Shown here in pieces: positions 9,212 through 18,907 of a DNA stretch of 64,000 bases. The first letter of the stretch is position 1, and every line of letters begins with the position of its first letter. The stretch is from an uncultured Pseudomonadales bacterium (lineage in GTDB: Bacteria > Patescibacteriota > Microgenomatia > UBA1400 > PJMF01), in NCBI GenBank assembly GCA_964574595.1, contig CAZNOF010000006.1, positions 21,532 to 85,531 on the forward strand, in the 5' to 3' direction. Both the position numbers and the translations under genes were made by a program. A model generated the notes under the pieces. That model saw only the letters and a program-made list of their open reading frames with translations, made no database searches and had not been told where the DNA came from.

Positions 9212-9802
9212 TTACCATGATAAGAGGCTCATCTGAACCCCTGCATCCTTTTTGGGAGTAAAGGTGAAATCAACGTCGCACTCGACTAACCGATTCCATT
9301 TATTTTTGAATTTCACTTTGCCTGTTTTCAGCCCGTAATCGTAGATATCTCTGGTCACGGCTACATCTTGTAGACAGTACTTTGATAAACTTTCCCAATC
9401 CTTGCTTTTGTAGTACTTAATTGCATCTAGACCATCGCCACTTTTACCAATTCCAAGTGTTTCTTTGGCCACTGCGTCCAAGCCAATTCGATGACCTACG
9501 CTATTTTTAATCCTGACCAATAAGTCTAAAGTCGCAATTTTGGAGATATCACCTTTGTAATATGGCACAAATGTTTGCATGTCAAAGTTGTCACAGTTAA
9601 AGCCTACGATCACATCTGCGGCTTCAAGTAAAGGAAAAAGCTTTGGTAAATCTTTTTCAAAGTAGCCCTGCATCTCACCTTGTCCGCTAAATCCGTCTCT
9701 GATACAAACTCCCACAAAAGAAATACCTAACCGGTCGGGGAAAAATCCGCCGACTTCATCAAATGTTTTTTGTGTTTCCACATCAAGAATAATTTGTCGC
9801 AT
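9212..9802 (-). CDS. DEDDy-type 3'-5' exonuclease domain protein (RNase H-like superfamily)
   Basis: Exo I LDVETQ, Exo II GFNCDNFD, Exo III YCLQDVAVTRDIY (Yx3D) motifs. 196 aa stand-alone domain. Confidence 0.5.
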   Translation of the reverse strand: MRQIILDVETQKTFDEVGGFFPDRLGISFVGVCIRDGFSGQGEMQGYFEKDLPKLFPLLEAADVIVGFNCDNFDMQTFVPYYKGDISKIATLDLLVRIKNSVGHRIGLDAVAKETLGIGKSGDGLDAIKYYKSKDWESLSKYCLQDVAVTRDIYDYGLKTGKVKFKNKWNRLVECDVDFTFTPKKDAGVQMSLLSW

Positions 9803-9811
9803 ACGTACTAT

Positions 9812-10423
9812 CTAACTCATAGCCTCATCAAAGCGTCGCGCTACTTCTGACCAATTTACCACGTTCCAAAATGCTTTAATGTAATCTGGACGGCGATTCT
9901 GATAGTTCAAGTAATAGGCATGTTCCCAAACATCTAAGCCTAAAACAGGAGTATGACCCTCCATCAGTGGAGAATCTTGATTCGCAGTAGATATAACAGC
10001 CAGCTTCTTCTCTTTACTTACCACCAGCCAAGCCCAACCTGAACCAAATCTGTTGGTAGCAGCCGTGTTAAATTCTTCGGCAAACTTTTCAAAACTACCA
10101 AACTGTTGGGTAATTGCTTCAGCAATTTTTCCGGTTGGAGTGCCACCAGCATTTGGAGCTAAAATAGCCCAAAATAATGAATGATTCGCGTGACCACCAC
10201 CATGGTTTTGAACGGCCGTTTTAATTTCAGCTGGCACTTCATTGATACCTTCCACCAACTCTTCTACAGATTTGGCTGCAAGCTCTGGGAACTTTTCTAC
10301 CGCAGCATTTAATTTATCAACGTAGGTTTGATGATGTTTTGTGTAGTGAATTTCCATCGTCTTTGCGTCGATGTGTGGCTCTAAAGCTGCGTATTCATAT
10401 GGCAATTTTGGTAAAGTGTACAT
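9812..10423 (-). CDS. sodA: superoxide dismutase, Fe/Mn family
   Basis: [10 protein letters not shown], metal-ligand context DVWEHAYY. 203 aa. Confidence 0.9.
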   Translation of the reverse strand: MYTLPKLPYEYAALEPHIDAKTMEIHYTKHHQTYVDKLNAAVEKFPELAAKSVEELVEGINEVPAEIKTAVQNHGGGHANHSLFWAILAPNAGGTPTGKIAEAITQQFGSFEKFAEEFNTAATNRFGSGWAWLVVSKEKKLAVISTANQDSPLMEGHTPVLGLDVWEHAYYLNYQNRRPDYIKAFWNVVNWSEVARRFDEAMS

Positions 10424-10453
10424 ATCTATCTCCTCTAAATAATTAATAGTTTT

Positions 10454-10804
10454 TTATCTTTTTGAACGATTTGATTTGGCTTTTGGTTCAGGTTCTGAAG
10501 CAGGCTCAGGTGGGGTCATAAAATTGAACATCATCGTCAGCAGTGCCTCTGCTGCATAACCTATAAAAGCATACACGAATAATGCAAAAAGTGTGTTGTA
10601 TTCCAAGATGCCACCTTTTTGCACCGCTGAACCAGGGAAAGCCAGCGAGAATGGCTTGAGTAATGGCTCACTGGTTTGATACACCCACGCGACCGCCTCT
10701 GAAGAACTACTTGCACCAAGTAACTTCAACAGGAAACGTGCCATTAATAAAAATTCTAGCAAGCTGATTACAAACGCCAAAATATCTTTAGGAAACTTAG
10801 ACAT
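10454..10804 (-). CDS. YggT/Ycf19-family small membrane protein
   Basis: About 117 aa from the internal Met MSKFPKD. Two hydrophobic helices with YggT-like ARFLLKLL pattern. The annotated 5' extension (10805-11158) is antisense to a better plus-strand gene and was trimmed. Confidence 0.45.
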   Translation of the reverse strand: MSKFPKDILAFVISLLEFLLMARFLLKLLGASSSSEAVAWVYQTSEPLLKPFSLAFPGSAVQKGGILEYNTLFALFVYAFIGYAAEALLTMMFNFMTPPEPASEPEPKAKSNRSKR

Positions 10805-10970
10805 AGTTGTGTCGAGTATAGCAAGTGAAATTGTCTGCCGCAAATTGGCTAATGATATAATAAATGAGTATTTGATCTGGAAATGACTAGTTTCACATGC
10901 TGAAATGAACCATTTCAGACCCTTATACACGCACATTCCAAAGTCCATATAGATGAAGAGGTAAGAACCC

Positions 10971-11468
10971 ATGAAGAAAGTAGTTCTGCTACTCACGCTC
11001 GTTGTGTCGTTTCTCGTCACTCTGCCGCATGCCATCGCCCAAGAAAGTGATGGGCTGCCATTTCGGGTCAATCCGGACACCGAGACAGTTGAGCTGCATT
11101 TAGGTGCTCCCGAGATGCAGGATTGCGTCAAACTTGAGTTTTCGATCGGAGTCGGCAAACATGCCGTTCCCTACGAATTTGATGTGATCATTCAAGGCTC
11201 TGGCGAGTATGCCGATGCCCGTTGGGCGTTCAACGTGTCGACCTTGTTACCTGAAAAAGCGGCCGGCAAGTTCATCGCCGTCATCCCGGTTGATCAGTTC
11301 CAGTTGAAGGATCCTGCAAATGGCAATTTGGATCCAACGAAACTGTTCGATCCGAAAAAAGTCACCGCCAGCGACTGGGGCCTATACTTCTGGGACGACA
11401 ATAAGGCCATGAAGGTAACAGTCAGTTCACTTGACATGACCCCTTGTGCTGTGGCCGTCGCCTCCTAA
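10971..11468 (+). CDS. secreted hypothetical protein (signal peptide MKKVVLLLTLVVSFLVTLPHAIA), noticeably GC-richer than surroundings
   Basis: Clear Sec signal peptide with AxA cleavage site. Coherent hydrophilic domain. RBS-like gagg upstream. Confidence 0.55.
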   Translation: MKKVVLLLTLVVSFLVTLPHAIAQESDGLPFRVNPDTETVELHLGAPEMQDCVKLEFSIGVGKHAVPYEFDVIIQGSGEYADARWAFNVSTLLPEKAAGKFIAVIPVDQFQLKDPANGNLDPTKLFDPKKVTASDWGLYFWDDNKAMKVTVSSLDMTPCAVAVAS

Positions 11469-11495
11469 TATCTATGTAATCTTTCATTGTGCTGA

Positions 11496-11520
11496 AGAGC
11501 TGGGGTAACCCGGCTCTTTT
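11496..11520. terminator. intrinsic terminator hairpin (AGAGCUGGG-GUAA-CCCGGCUCU + U-run) between convergent genes
   Basis: 9-bp stem (one G·U), tetraloop, then TTTT. Lies between the stop of 10971..11468 and the stop of mutY. Confidence 0.5.
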
Positions 11521-11525
11521 GACGT

Positions 11526-12524
11526 CTAGTGACCTAACTGAACACGATCAGCATGTATTGAAATCATTTCTTCCGTGACTAACCCTGAGATAAGTTTTTG
11601 AAACCGTTTATTATCAATTAATCCGTACTCGTCTTCCAATTTTTTTGCTAGCTGAGTCACATCATAAGAATCTGCTCGTAACAGATCCATGATTCGTCCT
11701 CGGAAAAATCGATCAGTATCTTCAAACCTGACTGTTTTTTTAATGCCACGAGGTTTTTTCGGTAAGCTCTTCAGCCAAGCCGCATAATTTTCCCAGCCGT
11801 GAGCTTGCGCTTTTTGATTGCTTTCGCAGTAATTACTTATCGGACACATTTCACATTTGGGAGAAGTGGCAATACACACCATTGCTCCTAAATCCATAAT
11901 TCCCTGATTCCAAGGATCCGCTTGCCCTGCTGGAAGCATCTCGTCAGCCAGCGAAAAGTAATCAGCCTTTAAATCAATTTGTGGATTCACTTGTTTTTCT
12001 GACCACTCAATTCCCTGTGTCCTAGCAATGACTCTTTTGATATTGGTATCAACTACACCCACCTGCATTCCAAAGGCGAAGGACATAATCGCTCGAGCGG
12101 TATATTTCCCAATACCCGGCAGTTGTAGCAACTCAACTTCGGTGGTTGGCCAAACTCCATTACTCTGCTCAATCTTCTGAGCAAGTTGCCACAAAAATTT
12201 GGCACGCCGGTTATACCCTAGTCCTTGCCAAAAAATCAGGACTTCTGCTAAAGTGGCCTTCGCCAAGTCTGCAGTGGACGGCCATTTGCTCATCCATGCT
12301 AAGAATTTGGGTATGACTCGATCAACTTGGGTTTGCTGCAACATCATCTCAGCCACCACAACTTTGTAGGGATCTCGTTTTAAAGATGAGGCAAAGTAGT
12401 GATCAAACGATTCATTCCGGGTTGCCGTTTTGGGACCTAACATTTTTTCTCGCCACGGCAAAACTCGACCATGCTGGCGCCACCATGAAAAAAGAGCTGT
12501 ATGTACAAGTGAAAGTTCTAACAT
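11526..12524 (-). CDS. mutY: A/G-specific adenine DNA glycosylase MutY (HhH-GPD + [4Fe-4S] + NUDIX-like C-term)
   Basis: HhH-GPD region (LPGIGKYTARAIMSFAFG). Four-Cys cluster CIATSPKCEMCPISNYC. 332 aa. Confidence 0.8.
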   Translation of the reverse strand: MLELSLVHTALFSWWRQHGRVLPWREKMLGPKTATRNESFDHYFASSLKRDPYKVVVAEMMLQQTQVDRVIPKFLAWMSKWPSTADLAKATLAEVLIFWQGLGYNRRAKFLWQLAQKIEQSNGVWPTTEVELLQLPGIGKYTARAIMSFAFGMQVGVVDTNIKRVIARTQGIEWSEKQVNPQIDLKADYFSLADEMLPAGQADPWNQGIMDLGAMVCIATSPKCEMCPISNYCESNQKAQAHGWENYAAWLKSLPKKPRGIKKTVRFEDTDRFFRGRIMDLLRADSYDVTQLAKKLEDEYGLIDNKRFQKLISGLVTEEMISIHADRVQLGH

Positions 12525-12555
12525 AGTCGGTCAAATTAAGTTACAATACTATACT

Positions 12556-13599
12556 ATGCAATTCTCGTTCGCCAAGCGATCCAGTGCAGCAGATTCTCTT
12601 TTGCTGTTTATGGTCACGGCCGCAGCGTCAGTATTACTCACCCGCTTTTATCTCTTTTTATTTGACTATCCACAAATTGCTCGTGGCCATATTCATTTTG
12701 CACACATTATTTTTGGGGGCATATTTTTATCAATCGGAAATATCCTGCTTTTAAGCATGCACGGCAGGCGAAGTCGTCAATTTGCTGCGGTTGTATCCGG
12801 AATAGGATTTGGGCAATTTATCGATGAATTGGGTAAATTTATTACTCAAGAAAATAATTATTTTTACCAGCCAGTACCAATGCTCATTTATCTTTGCTTT
12901 ATATTTCTATTTTTCTTATATCGATACTTCACTGAATATACTCCTCTCCAGCCACGAGAGTTGATGTACCAAATCTTGGAAGAGATGGAAGAAGTGGCAG
13001 AGGGAAGATTTTTTCCAGCCACCAAAAAGCGAATTTTATACTGGACTGAGAAGCTGAAACTCGAAACAAAGCAACAGTATCAACACTTTGCCTTAGGTAT
13101 CGAAAATATGGTCAGTCAGTTAAACGTGGCTTCTTCCCCACGCCCTAAACAGTATGTTCAAAAGATCAAATCCTCATGGATGTGGCTTGATGAATTTACG
13201 ACTGAGCGTCGACCAGTGTTTTACATTCTAATTTTAATTTTTGTACTCTATATTGGCATAACTTCTTTTGGTATCGGGTCTTTTTTATTCAATCTTTTAA
13301 ATAACAATTTCGATAAATTGAAATTTAAAGCTGCTACATCGTTTGACTGGTTTATGGTTGGCGGCTTATTTCTCTCTCAATTTTGGTCAATGCTAATTAT
13401 GGTCCGGGGTGTGTTTTACTTAATCGGTCGAAAGAGAAATCGAGCGTTGGCGCTCTTTAGAAACGGCTTAGCCGTGAACATTCTGGTGACGCAAGCATTC
13501 ACGTTCTACTTCGAACAGTTTTCAGCCACGATTGAACTGCTTTTTATTTTGGGTCTTTTCGCCATTATTCAAAATATTATTGAGGATGAGCTAGAGTAA
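12556..13599 (+). CDS. polytopic membrane protein, hypothetical
   Basis: Multiple hydrophobic helices. Start moved to the internal ATG (MQFSFAKRSS) to avoid a 95-nt overlap with mutY. Confidence 0.45.
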   Translation: MQFSFAKRSSAADSLLLFMVTAAASVLLTRFYLFLFDYPQIARGHIHFAHIIFGGIFLSIGNILLLSMHGRRSRQFAAVVSGIGFGQFIDELGKFITQENNYFYQPVPMLIYLCFIFLFFLYRYFTEYTPLQPRELMYQILEEMEEVAEGRFFPATKKRILYWTEKLKLETKQQYQHFALGIENMVSQLNVASSPRPKQYVQKIKSSWMWLDEFTTERRPVFYILILIFVLYIGITSFGIGSFLFNLLNNNFDKLKFKAATSFDWFMVGGLFLSQFWSMLIMVRGVFYLIGRKRNRALALFRNGLAVNILVTQAFTFYFEQFSATIELLFILGLFAIIQNIIEDELE

Positions 13600-14431
13600 T
13601 TTGAGTCAGCTCAGTGATTCGTTGTTTGCCCGTCGTATTTAAAAAGACTTTTATTTTTTCCAAATCAGGTGAACCATCTGGCATGCGCATTTGTCCAATT
13701 TCCTGCCACACAGATCTGCCAGCAGCGAAACCTTTTGCCCCATTTTCCATTGAAACTCTGAGGGCATTTGCAAACTCCTCATAATTCATACCGCGAGATA
13801 ACAGAATCCACGGCACATCTAATTCTGCAGTGATGGTGGCGCAGGCTAACGCATCTCCAGGATATTGAATTTTGAGAACATCACAATACTTTTGAAATTC
13901 TTGAAGAGTCTGTAAATGAGCATCTTGATACTCCGTTTTAGAGAGCGACTCTGACCCGTTGGGGTTATACATAATCGGCTCGATCAGAAACGAAATATCT
14001 TCATACTTACATGACTGGGACAACTCAATAATTAATTTCTTTTTTTCTAAAGCATTCTTTTCTGCTGGGTGATAATAAATGAGCAACTTTGCCACAGCAT
14101 AGTTACTTTTTACCTGATGAACACTCCACCCGGAAATGATGGTCGGAACTAATGATTTATCGCCAGAATAATCTGAGGCTTCGAGAGTCAGAATAAGTCC
14201 GGTGTTAGGCGCTTTATAATCAAGTGAGGGGAAGCCGAATTCTGGATCAACCAGCACTCCTGAACACATTCCCGAAAAAGCTTCCATAAATAAGATTTTT
14301 AGTTGAGTCACAATATATTGTGCTGTTTGATCTCGAATATCCATGTCAAACATTTTTGCCAGGGAACCTCGATGGTCAAACGGAGCAATCGTAAAAAAAC
14401 CCTCAGGCGTTTGGATGGAGCGCAAATTCAT
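13577..14431 (-). CDS. class I aldolase of the LacD/tagatose-1,6-bisphosphate aldolase family (DhnA-type TIM barrel)
   Basis: N-terminal FFTIAPFDHRGSL resembles the LacD (ISALAFDQRGAL) signature. 284 aa. Confidence 0.55.
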   Translation of the reverse strand: MNLRSIQTPEGFFTIAPFDHRGSLAKMFDMDIRDQTAQYIVTQLKILFMEAFSGMCSGVLVDPEFGFPSLDYKAPNTGLILTLEASDYSGDKSLVPTIISGWSVHQVKSNYAVAKLLIYYHPAEKNALEKKKLIIELSQSCKYEDISFLIEPIMYNPNGSESLSKTEYQDAHLQTLQEFQKYCDVLKIQYPGDALACATITAELDVPWILLSRGMNYEEFANALRVSMENGAKGFAAGRSVWQEIGQMRMPDGSPDLEKIKVFLNTTGKQRITELTQITLAHPQ

Positions 14432-14598
14432 ATTCTTCAGTATAGCTTACTCTCTTACTTGAATTCTACGGTTGACGGAAAGTTTGAAGGGTATTTTTAA
14501 AGCATGTTTGAACGGTTGATTAAGCTAGCAAGAATAATTCAGGGTTGCTGCATCACATGTGGAGGTCAATTAGAAATTTATTCTTCTAAACGAGCTTT

Positions 14599-16284
14599 TT
14601 GCAAAGTGTGCGGTACAAAAAACTGAGCTTATTTCTGCTAGGATGTATTCTATTGATGAGTTTATCGTTTCTAAAAAAGCTACCAATCAAAAAATATCTT
14701 CCAGAAATTCTTTTGGTGGTCATTGTGATAGTCGGCTTAGGTTTCCGACTGTTTCGCCTTTCTGATTTGCTCTGGGCTCAACGAGGATTTGATGATCAAC
14801 GAGATATGCTCGTCTCCAGACACATTGTGGATTTTGGTGAGACAATTGGTCGTGGTCCACTGGCGGGTGGTGGATTTAACCTCATTAAAAACTCTCCCTA
14901 CTATTATTATTTGACAGCTTTTTTGTGGTTTGTCTCAGGAGGTACACCTTTCTCTTTTTCTGTAACTTGCTTATTGCTTGTCAGCTTCGTTATTCCTCTT
15001 TCATATTTGGTAGGGAAACAATTATGGGATAAAAAAACTGGACTAATTGCGGCAGCCTTCTTCTCCTTAAACCAGGAGCTCATTTTTGAAAGTCGTCACT
15101 TCACTCAGCCCTACTTAATTCCACTCTTCACGCTGTCACTATTTTGGATTCTGACCTGGAAACCATCGATAAAAAGTGTCTGCTTAGCACTCTGTTGTTT
15201 ATTCATACCACTTCACTTTCATTACAGTATTTTGCTTTTCTTTCCAGTTGGGCTGTGGTGGATTTTGCATGTTTGGCTCGTTATTTTTGATGAGGGTAAA
15301 ACCAATAAAAAACAGCTTGCCTTACCTTTTTTAGTCGGAATAATTCTTGGATTGATCTGGATTTTTTCTACGTATACTCGATTTCCATTTGATCAAATCT
15401 ATTTTTTTGTCTTCAATTTTACTGGATCGAAGGGGCATTTTATTCTTAATGTTCAGAACAGTGCCTCTTTACTATTCAAACTCCTTTGGAGCCAAGTTAA
15501 TTTATTAAAAGAGGCCATCAGTGTTATTTTGCTAGCACTAACCTTATTCTGGCCAAAAGTACTGAGAGATCAGAAAAGTCAAAGGAATTTCTGGATTTTT
15601 AATTCATTTTTGATTTCTTACCTGCTAAGCATTTTTTTTGGTGGCAACCTTTTACAAAGTTATGTTTCAGGATTCGTTCCGTTTCTCTTGATAGGCATCG
15701 CTGTGGGATTACGAATCATCATTTTAAAGAATCGATTCGTGGGATATTTACTTACCGGGGTTTTACTGATCGCACTCACTCAAACGAGTAAAAACGCACT
15801 CTATTTTGATTTACCTGCTACTTCTTACTATGAAAAGTCTCGGCAAGCTACCAACGCAATTTACCAAGACTACAACCTGAACCACATCCAGTTAAATAAC
15901 GATAATCTTGAGGATTTTGGCGTCGTTACGTTAGTAACCGGCAATCCTCAACCATTTGATGGCTGGGGTACTTCTGGGATTTGGTTCTTACTAGAACAGA
16001 AGTTCAAACATCCGCTTGTTAAACTCAGTGACTGGGGCGTAAATAGCTACCCATTGGCTTCAAACCCCACTTTTTTGTACATGGTCTGCGACCATCGAAC
16101 AAATCCAGAGCTCATTGAAAAAGAGTGCCTAAATCGGTTCACGGGCGTCCGAGACTACTTGCTTCCAAATGAAAAGAAAATTTGGGAAACAGCAGATGTA
16201 ACTGTTTGGAGATTTGAAACCACTCTTAAATTGAAAAATAGACTGAGTTACTTCCACGTTTACAATGAACTGCTTCCCAAATAG
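14599..16284 (+). CDS. GT-C-type polytopic membrane glycosyltransferase (ArnT/PMT-like), putative
   Basis: 561 aa with about 12 predicted TM helices and a C-terminal soluble domain. Architecture typical of ArnT/PMT_2-like enzymes. No catalytic motif verified. Confidence 0.4.
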   Translation: MQSVRYKKLSLFLLGCILLMSLSFLKKLPIKKYLPEILLVVIVIVGLGFRLFRLSDLLWAQRGFDDQRDMLVSRHIVDFGETIGRGPLAGGGFNLIKNSPYYYYLTAFLWFVSGGTPFSFSVTCLLLVSFVIPLSYLVGKQLWDKKTGLIAAAFFSLNQELIFESRHFTQPYLIPLFTLSLFWILTWKPSIKSVCLALCCLFIPLHFHYSILLFFPVGLWWILHVWLVIFDEGKTNKKQLALPFLVGIILGLIWIFSTYTRFPFDQIYFFVFNFTGSKGHFILNVQNSASLLFKLLWSQVNLLKEAISVILLALTLFWPKVLRDQKSQRNFWIFNSFLISYLLSIFFGGNLLQSYVSGFVPFLLIGIAVGLRIIILKNRFVGYLLTGVLLIALTQTSKNALYFDLPATSYYEKSRQATNAIYQDYNLNHIQLNNDNLEDFGVVTLVTGNPQPFDGWGTSGIWFLLEQKFKHPLVKLSDWGVNSYPLASNPTFLYMVCDHRTNPELIEKECLNRFTGVRDYLLPNEKKIWETADVTVWRFETTLKLKNRLSYFHVYNELLPK

Positions 16285-16301
16285 CTCTCAGAGATCCAAA
16301 A

Positions 16302-16336
16302 AAGCACTGGTGTGGTTTGATCCATCAGCCAGTGCT
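16302..16336. terminator. bidirectional intrinsic terminator (AAGCACUGG...CCAGUGCUU flanked by A-run and U-run)
   Basis: 9-bp perfect stem with 17-nt loop. AAAAAA upstream and TTTT downstream, so it can terminate both convergent transcripts (GT-C gene and pnp). Confidence 0.6.
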
Positions 16337-16356
16337 TTTATCTAGGTCAATAAGTC

Positions 16357-18693
16357 TTATCGACGTGGACCTCTTGAGAAACCTCCACGGTCTCCACCTC
16401 GGCCACCTCGATCTCCACCTCTGTCATAGCCACCGCGGCCACCACCAAATGATGGTCTGCCACCGTCTCTACGACCACTGAAACCACCTCTGTCGCCGCC
16501 TCGGTCACCACCGCCATTGCCGCGTTTTTCAGCTGCTTCAGCTTCTTGTTCTGGAGTAAGCATTGTCAATTTGATTTTGCCATCTTCTTGAATGTCACTG
16601 ACGCGGACATGAACTTTTTCACCCATGGTTACGACGTCATTTGCATCTTGGACATAGTCGGTAGACATGGCAGAAACGTGAACTAAGCCATCTTTATTTG
16701 GAGCAATGTTGACGAAGGCGCCGTAACTTTCGATACGAACAACTTCTCCATCAAACTCTTCACCAATTTCAATGGATTTCATCATGCTACTAATGACTTT
16801 GTAAGCGTGATCAACTTTAGCTTGATCTGAAGAACCGATATTGACGATTCCCATGCCGGTTTCTTTGTCTTCATCGACTTCGATTTCAGCACCAGTCTCT
16901 TCAATAATACTCTTGATCATCTTGCCACCTGGACCAATCAACTCACCAATTCTGTCACCAGGAATTTGGAGCTGTTGAATCTTTGGAGCAGTTGGAGCAA
17001 GGGTCTTTCTTGGCTCAGCGATGACTTCCAACATTTTACCCATGATGTGCATACGACCAACTTTTGCTTGGCGTAAAGCTTGCTTCATGACTTCTGGAGG
17101 AATTCCTTTAATCTTGATATCCATTTGTAAGGCTGTGACACCTTCAGCGGTACCAGCGACTTTAAAGTCCATGTCACCGATGTGATCTTCCAAACCTTGG
17201 ATGTCAGATAAAACTACGTACTCTTCACCATCAGACATCAATCCCATTGCGATACCAGCCACTGGTCGTTTAATTGGCACACCGGCTGCCATTAAAGCCA
17301 TGGTTGATCCACAGACAGAACCTTGTGAGGTTGAGCCATTGGAACTGACCACGTTTGAAACGACTTGAATGGTGTATGGGAACTCTGCTTGTGATGGGAT
17401 GACTGGAATTAATGCTCTTTCAGCTAATGCACCATGACCAATTTCGCGGCGTTTTGGCGAACCAACGCGACCTGCTTCACCAGATGCAAATGGAGGCATT
17501 TCGTAGTGATGTATGTAATGTCTTTCTTCTTCACCCATCATGTCTTCAATTAGCTGACCTCGAGCTGGTGAGCCCAAAGTTGCGATTGATAACACTTGTG
17601 TCGCACCACGTTTGAACATTGCTGAACCGTGAGTACTGGCGAATAAGTCAACTTCACACCAAATTGGGCGGATTTCATCGGTCTTTCTGCCATCTGGACG
17701 AACTTTATCTTTAATGATCATCTTGCGACCAGCTTCAATCATTAACTCACCAAAGACATTCTTTAAGAAGGTTGGGTCAGCTAGGAGACCTGGCTCTTCG
17801 CCTTCAGCTGGTTGGTTTTCTGAAACGATCTTGTAAATCAATTCGTTCATACCACTTGGCTTTAAGACGCCTTCCAACTTAATCATCTCTAAGATCTCTT
17901 TTTCGTATTTCTTAGCAATCTCTTTTTTGGTTGCGGCAGCTTCTTTGGTTTTTTCTGTCTCTTCCACAACTGGAATGAGTTCGATTTTCTCTTTACCGAT
18001 ATCAGCCACGATTTGATTCATCTCAGCACAGATTTTGCCTAACTCTGATTGAGCTAAGTCAAAGGCTTCTAAGATTTTCTCTTCTTCAACTTCATTAGCA
18101 CCTGATTCAACCATGATGATGGCTTCACCTGTACCAGACACGATTAAGTCCATGTCAGCTTTGGCAGATTCAGACTCAGTTGGGTTGATCACGAATTTAC
18201 CATCGGCTTTTGTGTAGCCCACGCGTAAACCAGCGACTGGTCCGTCAAATGGAATTGAGGAAATGGATAAACCAATACCGGTAGCTAATAAGCCAAGCAT
18301 GTCAGCTGGATTCTCTTTATCTACTGAGAAAACAGTTACGATGACTTGGACTTCATGAGTCAAACCTTCTGGGAACATTGGTCTCATGGTTCGGTCAATT
18401 AAACGACCTTTTAAGACCGCGCCATCAGTTGGACGACCATCACGTTTCACCCAGCGAGAACCTTTAATGATTCCACCGGCGAATAACTTTTCTTGATACT
18501 CAACTGACAATGGGAAGTAACCCAAGTCAACTTTGCGACCAAGCGCAATAGTAGCCAGCACGGTTGTGCCACCACATGTCAAAAGGACGGCAGCATTTGC
18601 TTGTTCAGCAAATTTACCAACCTCTAATTTAATAACTTTGTCACCAACGTGAAGCTCACGGGTGTATGTGTTTGGGTATGTCGGGTATGACAT
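16357..18693 (-). CDS. pnp: polynucleotide phosphorylase (PNPase) with C-terminal RGG/RG-repeat tail
   Basis: Two RNase PH domains, KH and S1 regions conserved throughout. Last about 60 aa are GGDRGG/RGG repeats. Confidence 0.9.
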   Translation of the reverse strand: MSYPTYPNTYTRELHVGDKVIKLEVGKFAEQANAAVLLTCGGTTVLATIALGRKVDLGYFPLSVEYQEKLFAGGIIKGSRWVKRDGRPTDGAVLKGRLIDRTMRPMFPEGLTHEVQVIVTVFSVDKENPADMLGLLATGIGLSISSIPFDGPVAGLRVGYTKADGKFVINPTESESAKADMDLIVSGTGEAIIMVESGANEVEEEKILEAFDLAQSELGKICAEMNQIVADIGKEKIELIPVVEETEKTKEAAATKKEIAKKYEKEILEMIKLEGVLKPSGMNELIYKIVSENQPAEGEEPGLLADPTFLKNVFGELMIEAGRKMIIKDKVRPDGRKTDEIRPIWCEVDLFASTHGSAMFKRGATQVLSIATLGSPARGQLIEDMMGEEERHYIHHYEMPPFASGEAGRVGSPKRREIGHGALAERALIPVIPSQAEFPYTIQVVSNVVSSNGSTSQGSVCGSTMALMAAGVPIKRPVAGIAMGLMSDGEEYVVLSDIQGLEDHIGDMDFKVAGTAEGVTALQMDIKIKGIPPEVMKQALRQAKVGRMHIMGKMLEVIAEPRKTLAPTAPKIQQLQIPGDRIGELIGPGGKMIKSIIEETGAEIEVDEDKETGMGIVNIGSSDQAKVDHAYKVISSMMKSIEIGEEFDGEVVRIESYGAFVNIAPNKDGLVHVSAMSTDYVQDANDVVTMGEKVHVRVSDIQEDGKIKLTMLTPEQEAEAAEKRGNGGGDRGGDRGGFSGRRDGGRPSFGGGRGGYDRGGDRGGRGGDRGGFSRGPRR

Positions 18694-18907
18694 GAAAACT
18701 CCTCTAGTGGATTACTTACAAAAAAATAAGGGAAAGGAAAGAAGAAATTCTAAATTTTAATGATGAAGCTCTAAATTCTACCGCACATTAGAACCTCATT
18801 TTTAAACTTTAGAATCCAAATCTCCTTAGACTCCACAAAACGTATATTGTGATTATTATAGCATAGCTGTACCTTTTTACTGGATAGTTATCTAGGAGAA
18901 GGTCTCT

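Noticed and set aside
10805-11158. 5' extension of the 10454..11158 minus-strand ORF
   Set aside because: Antisense to the signal-peptide gene 10971..11468. The YggT-like domain starts at the internal Met (10804).
16357-16520. GGT/CGG-rich nucleotide repeats at the pnp 3' end
   Set aside because: They encode the RGG tail of PNPase. Not an independent repeat element.
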